From assembly GCF_009914755.1 (NCBI RefSeq), contig NC_060945.1: a DNA stretch of 64,000 bases. One strand, 5' to 3'. Of the stretch, positions 42,481 to 56,600 are shown piece by piece; position 1 is the first letter of the stretch; each line of letters starts with the position of its first letter. Source of the stretch: the human T2T-CHM13v2.0 reference genome, Homo sapiens. The translations under genes were made by a program, and so were the position numbers. The notes beneath the pieces were generated by a model that searched no databases, was not told the DNA's origin, and saw nothing but the letters and a program-made list of their open reading frames with translations.

Positions 42481-44029
42481 TTTGGCTCACTTACATGATG
42501 TGAGAGACAATGCAGTACAGTTTGTACCCTACTAGGCAAAAGAGATAACTTTCAACTTCCATTCTATTTTATTCTTCTAATTTTGTAAACTTTATACTCA
42601 CAGCAAGCAGGCTAGTGCTTGGTACTTTTTATGTGCTCAGTAAATATTTTCGAATGGATGTATGACTCTCTCGTAGAATTTACAATCTAGTGAAGAACAT
42701 GGAAGATTACAAAGGCACTTCTAATACTACATGCCATGGTTCAGGAATGATGGTGCTGGCCTAGAAGAGGATATCTAATTATGGTTTTTCAGTTAGAAAG
42801 TCTTCTCAGGAGAAAAGATAGGGCAACTGCTACCCAAAGGATAAGTATGTTACCAGATAAAATAGTTGATGTGTAAGAATGCCAGGCAAAAAGAAGTGCC
42901 TGCTCAGTATGTGGAGAGCATGACCTACTGACAGTGAAAATACAGTTATAATAAATGTGTGCCAAATGCACAAATAATCTGTGTATTGTTGGACTATGTG
43001 TTAGATATCCCACGCAATAGCTGGCAAACGGGAGGTGCTAAATAACTACTTATTAAATGAATAAACACTGTTCTGTCATAATCACTACATTTTAAATGAG
43101 ATTGTAATTGCTATTTTCTAAAACAAATAAGCACAAAAAAGCACATATTTCTTCATTTTCTCTCAATGTGTCCTCATGCATATTTGAATGCCTCCAAGAC
43201 CAGTTTTTCTACAAAGGAATGTTTACAATTAAAAAAATAACACTTTAGTTCTTAACTTATTTTTGACATTTTATGGCAAAAACAAGTTTTCTGGTTATCA
43301 GCTCTCCAGAGAATTCCATTTTAATTGTAATATATTGTTTATAGTAAAATACATTTGGAATTATTTTTTATGAATTAGTTAATTAAAGATATATGATCTA
43401 GTTGAGATGACAGTATTTTTTTCCTTTCATGTACTATCAGGAACTTCTAATAACTACTTTCAGTCAAATATAGTTATTTAAATCCTGTCATTATATACAA
43501 TCACTAAGTTACAAAATTGTAAATTCAAAGCCTCTCTTCTAGAACTGCCAGGCATTCTACTAGGCAGAATAAACGTTAACAGTGATTTTCTTTCATAAGT
43601 CAATTCCTATGCTGCTGCCCAGCAATGCAAAACACTTACTTCCTCTAGTGGCTAATCATGTTGCCTACAAAAGAAGAATTTCTTTTTCTTCTGGGCTTTT
43701 AGATATTATCTAAGAAAAACAGTGCATTTTTAAAATTGGTTCTCTTCTTAATTAAAAAAAAGCTTTGAAATCAGTAGAAGATTTTATAAAAGTATAAAAG
43801 AGAAGCTGCTATTGTTATTTTTAAGAGTAAAATAAAGTACTACAGCCTATCATGAGTGTAAAATTCATGAGTCAAATCTGTTTCAGTTGTACACAGTCCT
43901 TGACACATAGTAGGCACATATAATGTATCTCCCTAGTTAGAGGTTTCTATAGAGTGGGGTTTTGAATATTTATTAAAATTGTGGGGCTAAGGGGGCAATT
44001 ATTTTACCAGATTCAATCATAATAACAGA

Positions 44030-44895
44030 ATGTGATACTAAGATACGAATGACAAATAGCTCACAATAATCCAGTTAAGAATTCTGAAAAATACAGCTGT
44101 GTGTATCAGAATTAATAAAATACCAAAATGACATTTCGAAAATGAGGAAAGCATGAATTTTTCAATAAGTGGAATGGTGAAAATTAAGTATACACTTGGG
44201 AGGACATGACAGGAAAGATATATCCCTATTTCACAACTTTTACACAAAATAAATTCCAATTGGATTAAAGATCTAAACATAAAACTGAAACCATATGCAA
44301 ACTTACATGGCTTATTTAATATGATACCAAAGACTGAACTGAGAAAGGATTGTAGTTCAACAGATTTAAATGTTTAAAAATGTTTGCTTATCAAACCATA
44401 TCAAATCAAGTAAGAAAGCAAAAGACAAGAATAGGAAAAATTTTGCATTGTGTACAAATAGTCAATATCTTTAATATAAATAACTCCCTTTTATGAATTA
44501 TTTAGGAAAGTGCAAGTAATCCACTAAGGTGGTTAAAGAAACTGAACTAGTAAATCACAGGAAGAAATAAAAAATCAGTATGGCTAAGCATCTTAGTACT
44601 TTGCATTATGTTTATGAATTATATTACAATGAGGTCACTAAAGATTAAAACAGGGGACATTTTCCATTGTTATTAAGACTGAGGACAAAGGAGTACTCAA
44701 GGGTAACAAGTTAATGAAAGAACAAATTGTCTCAATTTTTAAGTTAATGAGAGAATAAATTGTTTCAATTTTCAAGTTAATGAGGGAATAAATTGTTTCA
44801 ATAGTCTTCAATCATACAATACTGCAGTCAGTAAAATAATATCTATTTTTAGAACATTGACAGAGAACAATGTCTTGGACATATTTTAAGACAAA
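44030..44895 (+). mobile_element. Old L1M (ORF2 3'/3'UTR) fragment
   Basis: 'tttttcaataagtgg', 'tacacaaaataaattccaattggattaaagatctaaacataaaa'. Confidence 0.7.
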
Positions 44896-44896
44896 A

Positions 44897-45320
44897 CCCT
44901 TGAACAAGGTAGGTTTGAACTGCACAGCTCCACTTATACATGGATTTTTTTTTCACCTCTGCCACCCTTGATACAGCAAGATCAACTACTCCATTTTCTG
45001 CCTCCTCCTCAGCCTACTCAATATGAAGTTGATGAGGATGAAGACCTTTATGATAATCCACTTCCACTTAATGAATAGTAAATATATTTTCTCCTCGTGA
45101 TTTTTTCAACAACATTTTTCTCTTAGCTTACTTTAATGTAAGAATACAATATAAAATACACGCAGCATACAAAATATATGTTAATCAACTGTTTATGTTA
45201 CCAATAGGCTTCTAGTCAACAGTAGACTATTAGTAGTTAGGTTTTTGGGGAGTCAAAACTTATACATGAATTTTTGACCATATGGGGTTTGGTATTCCTA
45301 ATCCTCATGTTGTTCAAGGG
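44897..45320. mobile_element. Tigger2a (TcMar) DNA transposon
   Basis: Inverted repeats cccttgaacaa (44897-44907) / ttgttcaaggg (45310-45320); internal 'cctcagcctactcaa...gaggatgaagacctttatgat'. Confidence 0.88.
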
Positions 45321-45358
45321 CAAAGCATGTAAGGCATCTATATAGTTACTATAGCTAT

Positions 45359-47293
45359 TGTCTTAGTTCATTTTGTGCTTCCCAGACAGAATTTCACAAA
45401 CTGGGAAATTTAAGAGAAATGTATATCTTCGCAGTGTTCTGGAGGCTGGGAAGTCCAAGACACAGGTGCCAGCAGGTTCATTTATCTGATGATGATCTGG
45501 TCTCTGCTTCCAAGATGGCACCTTGAATGCTGTGTCTTTTGAAAATGGGGGAATGTTATATCCTCACATGGCAGAAGACAGGAGGGCAAAAAGCGAAAAG
45601 GGGCAAACTCCTTTCATTAAACCCTTTTATAATGGAATTAACTGACTTATGAGCAAAGAGCCCTCTTGAACTAAGCACTTCCCAAAAGATCCTATCTCCC
45701 AACACTGTTGCATTAGGGATTGTTTCCAACACATGAATTTCGGGGGACTAATTTTGACCATAGCATTCCAACCCTGGCTCCCCAAATTGATGTTTTTTTC
45801 AAATACAAAACACAGCTATTCCATCTCAATAGCCCAAAAAGCCATTCTGATGCCAACTTAAAAATCTGAAGTCTGGAGTCTTATCTAAATAAGTTATGGG
45901 TGAGGCTCAATGCATGGTTCATCCTGAGGCAAATTTCCCTTTAGCTGTGAGCCTGTGACATCAAACAAGTTACGTGATTCTAAAATTCAATGGTGGTACA
46001 AACACAGGACTGATATTTCCATTCTGAAAGGGAGAGATAAGCAAGAAGAAGTAACAAGTCCCAATTAAGTCCAATACCCAACAGGGCAAACAATCTTGAA
46101 ACTTAAGGCCTTGGAGTAATCTATGTTGACTCCATGTCCTGCTGCTTGCACACGCTAAGGTGAGCGTTGGGTCTTCTATGCTCCCAGCAGCTCTGTTTCC
46201 GTGGTTTTGCTAGGCACAACCCATGCTTCAGCACTTATGCATTGAAGCCACATGGCAGTGACTTCTAGCTGGTATCGCATGCAGGTGGCTCTACAGTTCT
46301 GGGGTCTTGGAGGCAGCCCTACCCCATGGCTCCACTAAGCATTGACCTAGTGGGGTTCTCTGTGGCAGCTCAACCTCTGCACAGGTCTCTGCCCAGACCT
46401 CGAGGCTGTCTGCAATGACCTCTGAAATTTAGGAGAAGGAAGCCGTACCTCCACTGATTTTGTAGTCTGCAAACCTGCAGAATTAGCAGTACGTGCATGC
46501 TGCTAAGGCTCATCACTGTGCCCTCCGGAGTGGCAGCCTGAGTTGCACCTGCATTCACTGGAGCCATAGCTGGGGTGGCTGAGGAGAGCTGCACCAGAAT
46601 GCAGAGAGCAGAGATCTGAGGCAGCCTGGACAAGTGAGTTCTCCTGCACAGGATCTCTGAAATGCCTTTCAGATCATTCTCTCATTGTCTTGATGAATAG
46701 CACCTGGCTTCCTCCTAGCCATACTAATCTCCTTATTACAATGTATCTCGGCCACATCCTTGGTTTTCTGTCCTCAACATGCCTTTTAAATACTTTACCC
46801 AACCAGGCTGTGAATTTTTTAAATCTTTACTTCCTGCTACTCTTTTGATTATAAATTCTATCTTTAAGTTGTTATTCTTTTTCCATTTTACTATAGGCAG
46901 TTAAGAGAAGCAATGCAGAATTGTGACTATTTTGCTGCTTAGAGATTTCTTCTGCCCAATATCCTAATTCATTTCTCTTAAATTTTGCCTTCCACAAAAT
47001 TTTAGGACATAGACATAATTCAGCCAAGTTCTTTGCCATTTTATAACAAGGATGGCCTTTCCTTCAGTTTTCAACACCTCATTCCTCATTTCCATCTGAG
47101 ACCTCATCAGAATGGCTTTTACTACCCATATTTCTATCAAAATTTAGTTCACAACGACTTAAGTAATCCCTAAGAAGAATGAGGGTGGAAGCCTTCTGAG
47201 CTAAACAGCTCCTAAAAGGCCACACCTTCCAACACTGTTGCATTGGGGATTAAGTTTCTAACGAGTGAATTTTGGGGGACACAGATTATAGCA
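45359..47293 (-). mobile_element. MaLR provirus remnant (MSTC-like): full 3' LTR 45359-45765, internal 45766-~47179, 5' LTR stub ~47180-47293
   Basis: Both LTRs share 'ccaacactgttgcatt(a/g)gggatt...gaattt..gggggac...atagca'. A polypurine tract abuts the left LTR on the minus strand. Confidence 0.85.
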
Positions 47294-47403
47294 ATTATTT
47301 AGATATCTTGATAATTTATATATAACCATAACCATATAGGTGATAGGAGATAGTAGAAATATATAGTATAAGGTCTTTCATATTCAGCCATGCACATAAA
47401 CAC

Positions 47404-47432
<29 letters not shown>
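47404..47432. repeat. (CA)n microsatellite
   Basis: Seen directly. Confidence 0.9.
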
Positions 47433-47435
<3 letters not shown>

Positions 47436-48325
47436 CACATACATGTTCATAAATATTTAGGTATACAGATAGTTTGCATCCTTTCCTGCTCTCACCAGCC
47501 TGGGTCAAAAATGTTATCATCAATTTCTTTCATGATAAGTGCCAAGTCCCCAATGTTTCTGATCATTTTGCCTTGCCATTAGCTCAAGTATACTCCCAAA
47601 TTCTTCAGCAGTGACTCCTTTGTGGTGAAATCCTGTGGCTGTATTTGGTGCAGATTACCTTTGTTAGGCAATTGTGTTGTGAGACAGAGCTCTCTCTTTT
47701 ACCACTGCCATTCATAACTTTGCCAAAGGTTTGAGAGAGGACATTCTTTCCCTAATACCTCCCAGCAAAACTGAGCACAGGTTATTGAGATAAACACTGC
47801 TAAAGCTCAGCCATAGAGTACATGTAATAGCAAGAGTGACTACTCTTTACTACTATTTACTTTAGAAAAGGTTGCTACTGTAGAGGTCATGAACAAAACA
47901 GAAGAACATTGACGCCTTACCTAACCACAAGAGTCCTTCATGTGGTCGGTAGTTTCACTCTCTGTCAGGTGGAATTAGCAGGTATTACCACACATGGAAA
48001 TCTAGGCCCAAGTGCTTTCTCAGCCCCAGAAAAAGACAAAATCCTTCTGTTCCTCTTTCAGAACCAGGCTGGCTAACAATGGGTTATCTCTTCCCTGCAG
48101 GTGAAATCTTGTTCCTCATACAAAGGCCAATTCTTCCTCATGGTTTCAAAAATAACAACAACAAAAAGATCATAATATTATTATTCAGTCTTAGGCAGTA
48201 CTAATGTGGGACAATATGTGTCCATGAAAGACTGAACTGTACCACATCCAATACTATTTCTTTTCTATAGTTGTATTTATATGGAGTGTGGGGGGGTGAA
48301 TAAATATGTTAAGCATATTTACTTT

Positions 48326-48372
48326 TTTGCTGCACCCATCAACTCATCATTTACATTAGATATTTCTCCTAA
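48326..48372 (-). mobile_element. Isolated 47-bp L1PA 3'UTR fragment
   Basis: tttgctgcacccatcaactcatcatttacattagatatttctcctaa closely matches the recalled L1PA 3'UTR. Confidence 0.8.
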
Positions 48373-49734
48373 AGGTATTTTTATCTACTGACTGCTATCT
48401 CCTCTTCACTATTGATTTTCTTGACCAAAGTTTCAACTAAAATAAGTTTAAAAGAAAAAAATAAGATTATACTTATTAAAATAAGTTTAAAAGAAGATTT
48501 GGGAAAATAGTAGAATATTTTTTCAGTTCTTCAGAGTAATGATTCTGTTAACTATAAGTCAATTTATGTTGCAAACACAACACTAAACGTCACAGCTTGT
48601 ACTATGTGTGCTTTAATTACATCAAAACACTGTTAATTTCCAAGTATAAGAATGTTATTCTTATTATATAAAATAAAAACACATAAGGAAAGTTAAATTC
48701 CAATCTAGAATGAACCTAATTACTCATGTGACAAAATATTTCACAATTTTACAAGTGTATTTTTTGATATTTTATATAACTTTTCAATCCTATACCACTT
48801 CAAGAAGCTAAACCATATGACCCATATGAGATTTGACTCAAGTGATATTCTAGCAGTAGGTGCCTAGAAAGGGGTTTTCCTCCAAACATGAGCTTACTTG
48901 GCATGAATGGCTGTTCTAGTGTACATGACAAAAATTAGTGGCGTGAGGGGCTTACTTGGCATAAGTGGCTGTTCTAGTGTACATGACAAAAATTAGTGGG
49001 ACTCGCACCTTCATTTCTGAGTTAAGTCATGGGGTAGGAATGCTGAGAGAATAAAGAGGTTTCAGGTAGCAGGTGTAGGCAGAGAAGGCCTGAGGCATGG
49101 GTGAATTTTTGCCCACTTAAATGGCACTAGAAGTGGCTGAAATAGAATTAGACCCATAGAAACTAGAATGAGAGAGGAATACAAAGGATAACAGAGCAAA
49201 GACTTGTTTGGAATGAAGAAATGAGAGCTAGTGGGATGGTAGATGTCCCATCGGGTGCCAGTATAAGGACAAATGACACCTTAGATGTCCATCTCACTCA
49301 CACCTGAACACTATGTGCCCACAGTTTAGTTGCAAACCAGAGGCAAGCGGTCATGGGACCTTAAATTAACTCAAATTGTTTTTTTAGTCATCCAACATAA
49401 GGGAGGTTAAATGAGATATTGTGTAACTATATAAGCTAAAAAGATGTAAGCCTAAGACTTGGCATATACTTTAATTGTAGAAGATGACTACTGCTTCAGA
49501 TAAAAAATTAAATCCATTTATTTATCCCTATAGTAAAAATAATTAAAATGACAGAAAAAAATATACAAATGATTAAATATATGTACTCATACATATACAC
49601 ACAAGTGAATAAACACACACACATATATATAAATCCATAGTAATGAGTATCTGTATGCTGTTAGAAGTGATCCAAGATAATGAAAAGCCTAATTATGGAA
49701 GAGAGAGAACAGACATTGCAAGAGTAAAGTTCTT

Positions 49735-50114
<380 letters not shown>

Positions 50115-51643
50115 TTAATTACAAGAAATAAAATGTATTTCTCATGAACTCTTTCTGGAAAATACTTAGAAATAGGAGAAATCCAAAGAAGAAGGCAGCA
50201 TGGGAAGCAAGACACACCAGAGCCAACCTGAGTATAATACAAATAAATACCTACATGATGGCAATGAAGTAGACTAAAGAAAAAGAAACCAATTGGATTA
50301 TAAAATTGAAAGAAGTATTTAGAGTACCCATGAACAATAACTCCATTAAAAAGAGATAGACGAACACAATTTGTATCAATAAGAATTAATAATAATATTA
50401 AGGTGTATATTTTCCATTGCTCTTTGGAATAAAAGCAATGGAAATTAAAAGCCATTAGAGGAAAACAATGCTGAATACAAAAGCCACACTCCAAATAAAA
50501 AGGAAGATAAAACATAGCATGCTTTTAAGTAGAGATGAAATACAAAATTACTTCCCAATCAATAAAGAAAACCTTCACTGCTCAATCAATGCAGGAGGAA
50601 GGAAAGTGACAATTGCCATTCTGATTTAATGTAGTCACTTTAAAATTATAACATAGTAATAAAAATAAATATAATAATAATATAGTAATTTCCCACAAAT
50701 TTTTCTCCTAGAAGTTATATGAGATCCCTGTATGTGTTTGTTGGGTGGCATGTGTGGGTGGTGGTTGGGGAGAGTGGGTACAGATCAAAGTTACATATAA
50801 ATACTTCCCTGTTAGTTTGTCTTGGAGAAGCATCCTGAAAGTAAAATTTAGATTTACTCCTAGATAGTTTAATTTAATTTTAAAATCACATACTTTTGGT
50901 TTTTAAAAGATCATAAAATAAATACAAAACAAAAAAACATATAGTTGCAACACAAACTACAGGTGAAGAAAGATTTCCCTAAAAGGCGCCTAGTCAACAT
51001 TGAAGACCTGACCAAGAGTGGTTCTAGAAATCAATTTCCATTTTAAAAAACTGTGGATCAAAAGTGAAGAGACTTTTACATTTTTTGATTATATTTCCTG
51101 CTTTTGGCAATTTTTATGGAGTGAGTTGCTTTTATAATTTCTTAATTTTATGCATTTTACATTTTGTGAATTGCACCTGAAAAGATCATTTCCCAAGAAG
51201 ATATTAGCTATTTTTGGAAAGGGTACAATTTTTGAGGATAATGGTATACAGAGGGAAAATTCACAGAAATGTATACAGAATTGTTAAAGCTATAAAATGA
51301 TGGCTCATTTTAAATTTACTAGCTGCTATACTTCAAACTGAGAGTCCGGTATGAACAAGACACAGGCACTGGTATCAGATACTTGCAATCTAGATTGGCA
51401 GGTTTAGAATGATTTTAACAAATTCTATAATTTGGATTATGTACAAATGTGATTGGTCCCTAAAAGAGAGTGATGAATTTTATTTTTAATCTTTTCTCAA
51501 AGAAGAAAAATTACTTACTTGGAGAAAAATTCAATGTGGAGTTTAAGATTATATGAGGGTGTGTTTTTTTTTTACAGAATCAGTGTTGGGGGCTGGAAGG
51601 AAAAGTGGAGAAAAGAGATTGGTGAGGGAAGTGTTAAAAAGAT

Positions 51644-52090
51644 GAGGCCCATCATGCTAAGTGAAATAAGCCAGGCACAGAAAGACAAGTCCTGCATGAC
51701 CTCACTTATATGCGGAATCCAAAAATGTCAAACTCATAGAAGTGGAGAGTAGAATGATGGTTACCAGGGGCTGGGGGTAAGGGAAATGGGGAGATGTTGC
51801 TCAAAGGGTACAAAGGTTTAGTTATGCAGAATGAATAAATACTGGATCTTTCATGTACAGTATGGTGACTATAGTTATTAACACCTCATTATATAATTTG
51901 CTAAAGGTACATCTTACATGTTCTCACCGCATACACACACAAAATGGTAACTACCTGAGGTAATAGATATATTAATTAGTTGATTACGGTAATCATTTCA
52001 CAATGCATATGTTTTTAAAACATCATATTGTACATCTTAAATGAATACACTTTTTATTTTTCATTTATAACTGAATAAATTTGAAAAAAG
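51644..52090 (+). mobile_element. L1MA/L1MB 3' end
   Basis: 'atgctaagtgaaataagccaggcacagaaagacaa...atggttaccagggg...aatcatttcacaatg'. Possible TSD aaaaagat at 51636-51643 and 52085-52092. Confidence 0.88.
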
Positions 52091-53484
52091 ATAGCGAAAT
52101 GATCATAAGGTAGAAATAGACAAATAGAGGGCACTGGCAAACACAATCAGGATGTTACATTAGCTCCAGTAGTCTTTAGAAGTAGACCAGACACTCTTTC
52201 CAGAAATAATTTAAATTCAACACAGAAAGAAGGACTGGAGTGGTTATGATGTATAGATTGGAATGTTTCTGCCACTTGATCTGCAGAAAATGGCAAGTGT
52301 GGTTTTTCCCTGTTGGTGGCACAGGGAAAAATAGGCTTGATGTTTATGATTCTTTATATGGGGAGGGAAAGCTGAGAGAGGAGTGTCATTAGGCTGACAC
52401 TATTTCTGTCCACTCAGAAGCTTTTGCCCAGGTACTGACAATAATCATGTGACTCTCAGTAGTTTGGTCATAAAGGATTGGCTACTACTGGTTGAGTAGA
52501 ATTACCCAAATAGCACTATAATCTCAACAGCATTAGCATAATACTCTAATAGGATACCGTATTTATTAGAATATAAAATAAACATAAATATCAATAGAAA
52601 TATTTTATTTTATGAACCCCGGCTAGTTGCAAAACACATTCTAATAAATGCTATACAAACTATCGCCAAAATTCCTGAGTTTAGCATGCTTACAGAATGA
52701 ATATAGGGGATCTTCTAAATGGTATGCACGGAAAGTGTATGCTATTATTTGATTTTCAAAACTAAAAATCAATATGCTCCATATACTGTGCCCTAAAAGC
52801 AACAATATAAACAAAACTTAAAGATGCGTATTTTGGGAATGCAGGTCTTTGGGTTGGAAAACAGCAATGATGGAACACTAATGCATTCAAATCAGGTGTC
52901 CTATATTTTATTCCCTTAGGCATGAAAACATTGTAATGCTGTGATACACATTCTGATCTTAAGGAAACTACTTTGGAAAAAAAGAGAAATAAACTGTTAA
53001 TTTATTTGTGGTATTATTTAGCCTATTTCTAAAAAATAGTAAGAGATTCCAAAAACATTTAAAGTAGTAAATTGAATAATCAGTGAGATAGAGCTGGTAA
53101 TGAGAATAGTAAGAATAACCACATACAAGGATCAACATAACAGGGAAGTGTTCCACTTAGAAGTGAAGATAATTTGTTTTAATGTCTTTATTTGGATTTA
53201 TGTCTCTTAAGTTTTCAATATTTGAATTTTTTTTACAAATGTAAACAAAGGGAAGAAATGTGCCACAGATATACATACATATATATATGTATATATATAT
53301 AAAACTAATCATTAGAAGCACACAATATCTGCTTTGACTTGCACTGCTCTGGATATCTCTATACATACATATATATATAATTTATAATGTGGAGATATAT
53401 ATATCATATTGCTTCACAAATTATTTTTACTTAAATATGGTCTTAGATTTAAAAAAAATGTGAAATTTGAAGAGTAACATGTTT

Positions 53485-53680
53485 TAGCTGTGCATGACGG
53501 CACGTGCCTGTATCCCCAGCTACTTGGGAAGTTGAGACAGAAGGATCGCTCGAGTCTAGAAACCAGAGGCTGCAGTGAGCTATGATCATGCCATTGCACT
53601 CCAGTCTCGGCAATAGAGCAAGACCCTGTCTCTAATAAAATAAATAAATAAATAACAATAACAATAAAATAAAATAAAAA
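53485..53680 (+). mobile_element. Alu right monomer (FRAM or truncated AluJ)
   Basis: 'gaaggatcgctcgag...gtgagctatgatcatgccattgcactccag' with an A-rich tail; atgtttt on both flanks. Confidence 0.85.
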
Positions 53681-56600
53681 TATATGTTTTACTAGTCAAT
53701 AGTATTTGGAAAATACAATAACACAATTTTTTGACGTATTATAAGTTTGACAAATCTAAATTGATTTTTTCTAAAACATTCAAGGGCCTTAACAATAATA
53801 AATACATCCCTTTTCATTATTTATGAACCGGATCACTTTTATTGTTCTTTATTGTTTTACAGAAAATTTTTCCCCCAAGAGATGAAAGCAGTTTATAGAT
53901 GTTTAGCCCATAATTTGCTATTTGAGGTTTCAAATTGTCAGTGGTCAATTATGTTTTGTAGACTACAAGGCATTTATTTATTTATTATTTATTATTTACT
54001 CTTTATTCTCCTGACTCATGTTGATGAGACTGTAGCAATATTAACTTCACAGAAGCTTTATTTTACATTTGGCTATGTACACTGCAGTCTCTGGATTTTA
54101 GCCAAATATCATAGAATGGAGGGAAGCCATCATATAACAGGTGCTACTGCTATGCTAGGAGATTTTTGTGCTAAATTATTAAATGAAAAGCTTACTAGAA
54201 AGTCCAGAGTAGACCAACATAAAAGTGATAATTCTTAAATTCATTATCTGTAATTTTGCCTTAAATAATTATTAACAATATTTTTCACAATGACTGCTTC
54301 TTCAAAAGAAAAACTAAAATGACTTGACATTCTGCACATTAAATATATAATTTTGAATATTGTCTTCAATCAATTGTTCAGATTTGTAGATATAGTTTGC
54401 AACAGACAAGATAAGGCATGTAACTATTTTTCATTAACGACTATCTTGCCAAATATTAATGCTCAAATCTTATTCATCGTTCCTTACATTTCTGTGTTTA
54501 AATCACTAAATCCATTCATGTTTTATTGCAAGATCTATAGTTGTCTTTGGCACATTTTCTTCAATCTTGGTTTTTTCCAAAGTCTGAGAAACCATCTGGA
54601 AAACTAGAAAACCCACAGACTTGTGGGGACTTTCTGGTTTATGTAATTCGGAATGTCCACAGTGAAAAGTTTTAAGTCAACTTTCTGAGTCAAAATTGCA
54701 ACTCTTTGCCAATTTTTATTTTTTATTATTTGCAAGCCAACTCTCCATTATATAGTGTTCATTTCAATAACATAGATGGATTAGAGTAATTGACATAGTA
54801 TATAAGTTATATCATAAATATGTACATGAAATAAATTATTGACATAATAAATTGTGTGATTTTTATTTCTTCATAGATAAATGCTAGGCAATCAAAAATT
54901 CCATTAGATTTTTCTAACGTGTCAAAATTGAATTTATAATTTTTCTACACACCCGATTGCTTACTCCTATATTGGAAAATATATTTTATCCTAAAAAGAA
55001 TGTTTCACTTTTACCTTTTATTTTCTTCCTCTCTAAACCTAATCATTAGGTAGATCCTATCAGGTCCACATTCAAACACTCCTTTCCTTCCTCTTATACT
55101 TTGCAAGCCATCATACCTTACCAGTTTCATTTTCTCCCGGTCACTTTGCCTCCCAACATCCAAACACCTTCAGTGTTGATCAGGAGACAGACTTCTCAGT
55201 GACTAAAACTTTGTCCATAGCCCAGTATATATAGTTGAGCAGAATGTTTTGATGCAGGCTACGGCACTAAAAGCAACACACAGACTACATTCAGACAGAT
55301 TGGTTCACTTTTTCTAGCATCAATCTCCAAATAAACACCATCAGGTCTTTTTTTTTTTTTTTTTTGTCATAATTGATTATTAACCTTGTATTTGTCTTTG
55401 ATTTACATAAGGAATTTTTGGAAACATGTGTCCTTATGTCCCAGTCCTGGGTATTATAAATCTGTTATTCCGGGGTGGGCCCAGAATTGAATGTTTCTAG
55501 TTAAACACCATGAATTTCCTTGTTTCTTTGTATACAAAATGGTCTTCCTTTTATCACCAAATATGTGATACCGTGTGTAAAATGCTAAACATTGTAATTT
55601 CTATTAAGTCTCCTATTATAAATCTCCTCTTCCCCTAACTTGGAAAGCACCTCTTGGTCCTCTGAAATTCTACCTTACTTGATAGAGAGTGAATATCTCA
55701 CATGGACTGCATTTATGCACCAAATGCCTTATCTCCTTTTTTCACTGCACTTTCTTTTTCTCTAAATACAAGCTCTGGCTTCTTCTATCTTTGGATTGCC
55801 TAAAGTCCCTTACAGTTTGAAGATGCTAAATATTTATTGTGTGGGATAAATTTATCTCGCAAAGAGCAATGTGTTGATGGCAAAAATTTCTCCAGCTGAG
55901 GTAAACAATATGTCTTAGACTAAATTTTGATCAATTTCCACATTTTGATTAAGTAATAAATAGTGTGTCCATTAATGCCTGACAATGCTTATACTTCAGC
56001 CAGAGTGTCAGCATTTTACCAACTAGAATATTAGACGGTTATCCTTCTTGGAGAGGGCTATGGCATTTCAATGAAGTAGAGTCTCCTCTCTGTATGATCC
56101 TCCCCATCTTTCCGCACCTCCCCCGACATACCTAGAAAACACTGTAGAAAATAACTGTCTTTGCTACTGACTGATCTGAAAGCAAAAAAGATTCAAGGAC
56201 CAATACTGGGGAATAATTAGATTTTGTTCAGGTACGAAAAGATGATTCCATAAGAAAAGATGATTCCACGTGGTACATTGCCAACTGAAAGGAAACCTGG
56301 CACACTGGTCAGGGGATTCAGCTTGTGTATCACATCTTTCTAGAACTTAATGATTTTTTTTAATTAGAATCATGAGGTAACTATAAGATCTCAGTCCCTG
56401 AGTTTTCAGCTTCTCAAGGTGAACCCCAAAAATTATAGTCCTCATTGACTATAAGACTATGCTAAGGAAAATTGTTTATTTCTAAACACTGCAAATGTAT
56501 TACTACTTCTCAATCATGATATCTCCCTACTTCTTCCCAGAGGGACCTTTCTATCTTATTTTGGCCATTTCTAACATCTCTGCCCCCTGCCTTTGGATCA

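Noticed and set aside
43636-43653. CTCF-like CCACTAGAGG on the minus strand
   Set aside because: The 3' part of the motif deviates from consensus, and a lone partial motif is not supportable.
44708-48999. Short direct repeats as a possible CRISPR-like array
   Set aside because: Eukaryotic DNA, only 2-3 abutting copies, no unique regular spacers and no cas genes.
50411-50444. Perfect 11-bp hairpin stem tttccattgct/agcaatggaaa
   Set aside because: Too short for a pre-miRNA and plausible by chance in AT-rich DNA.
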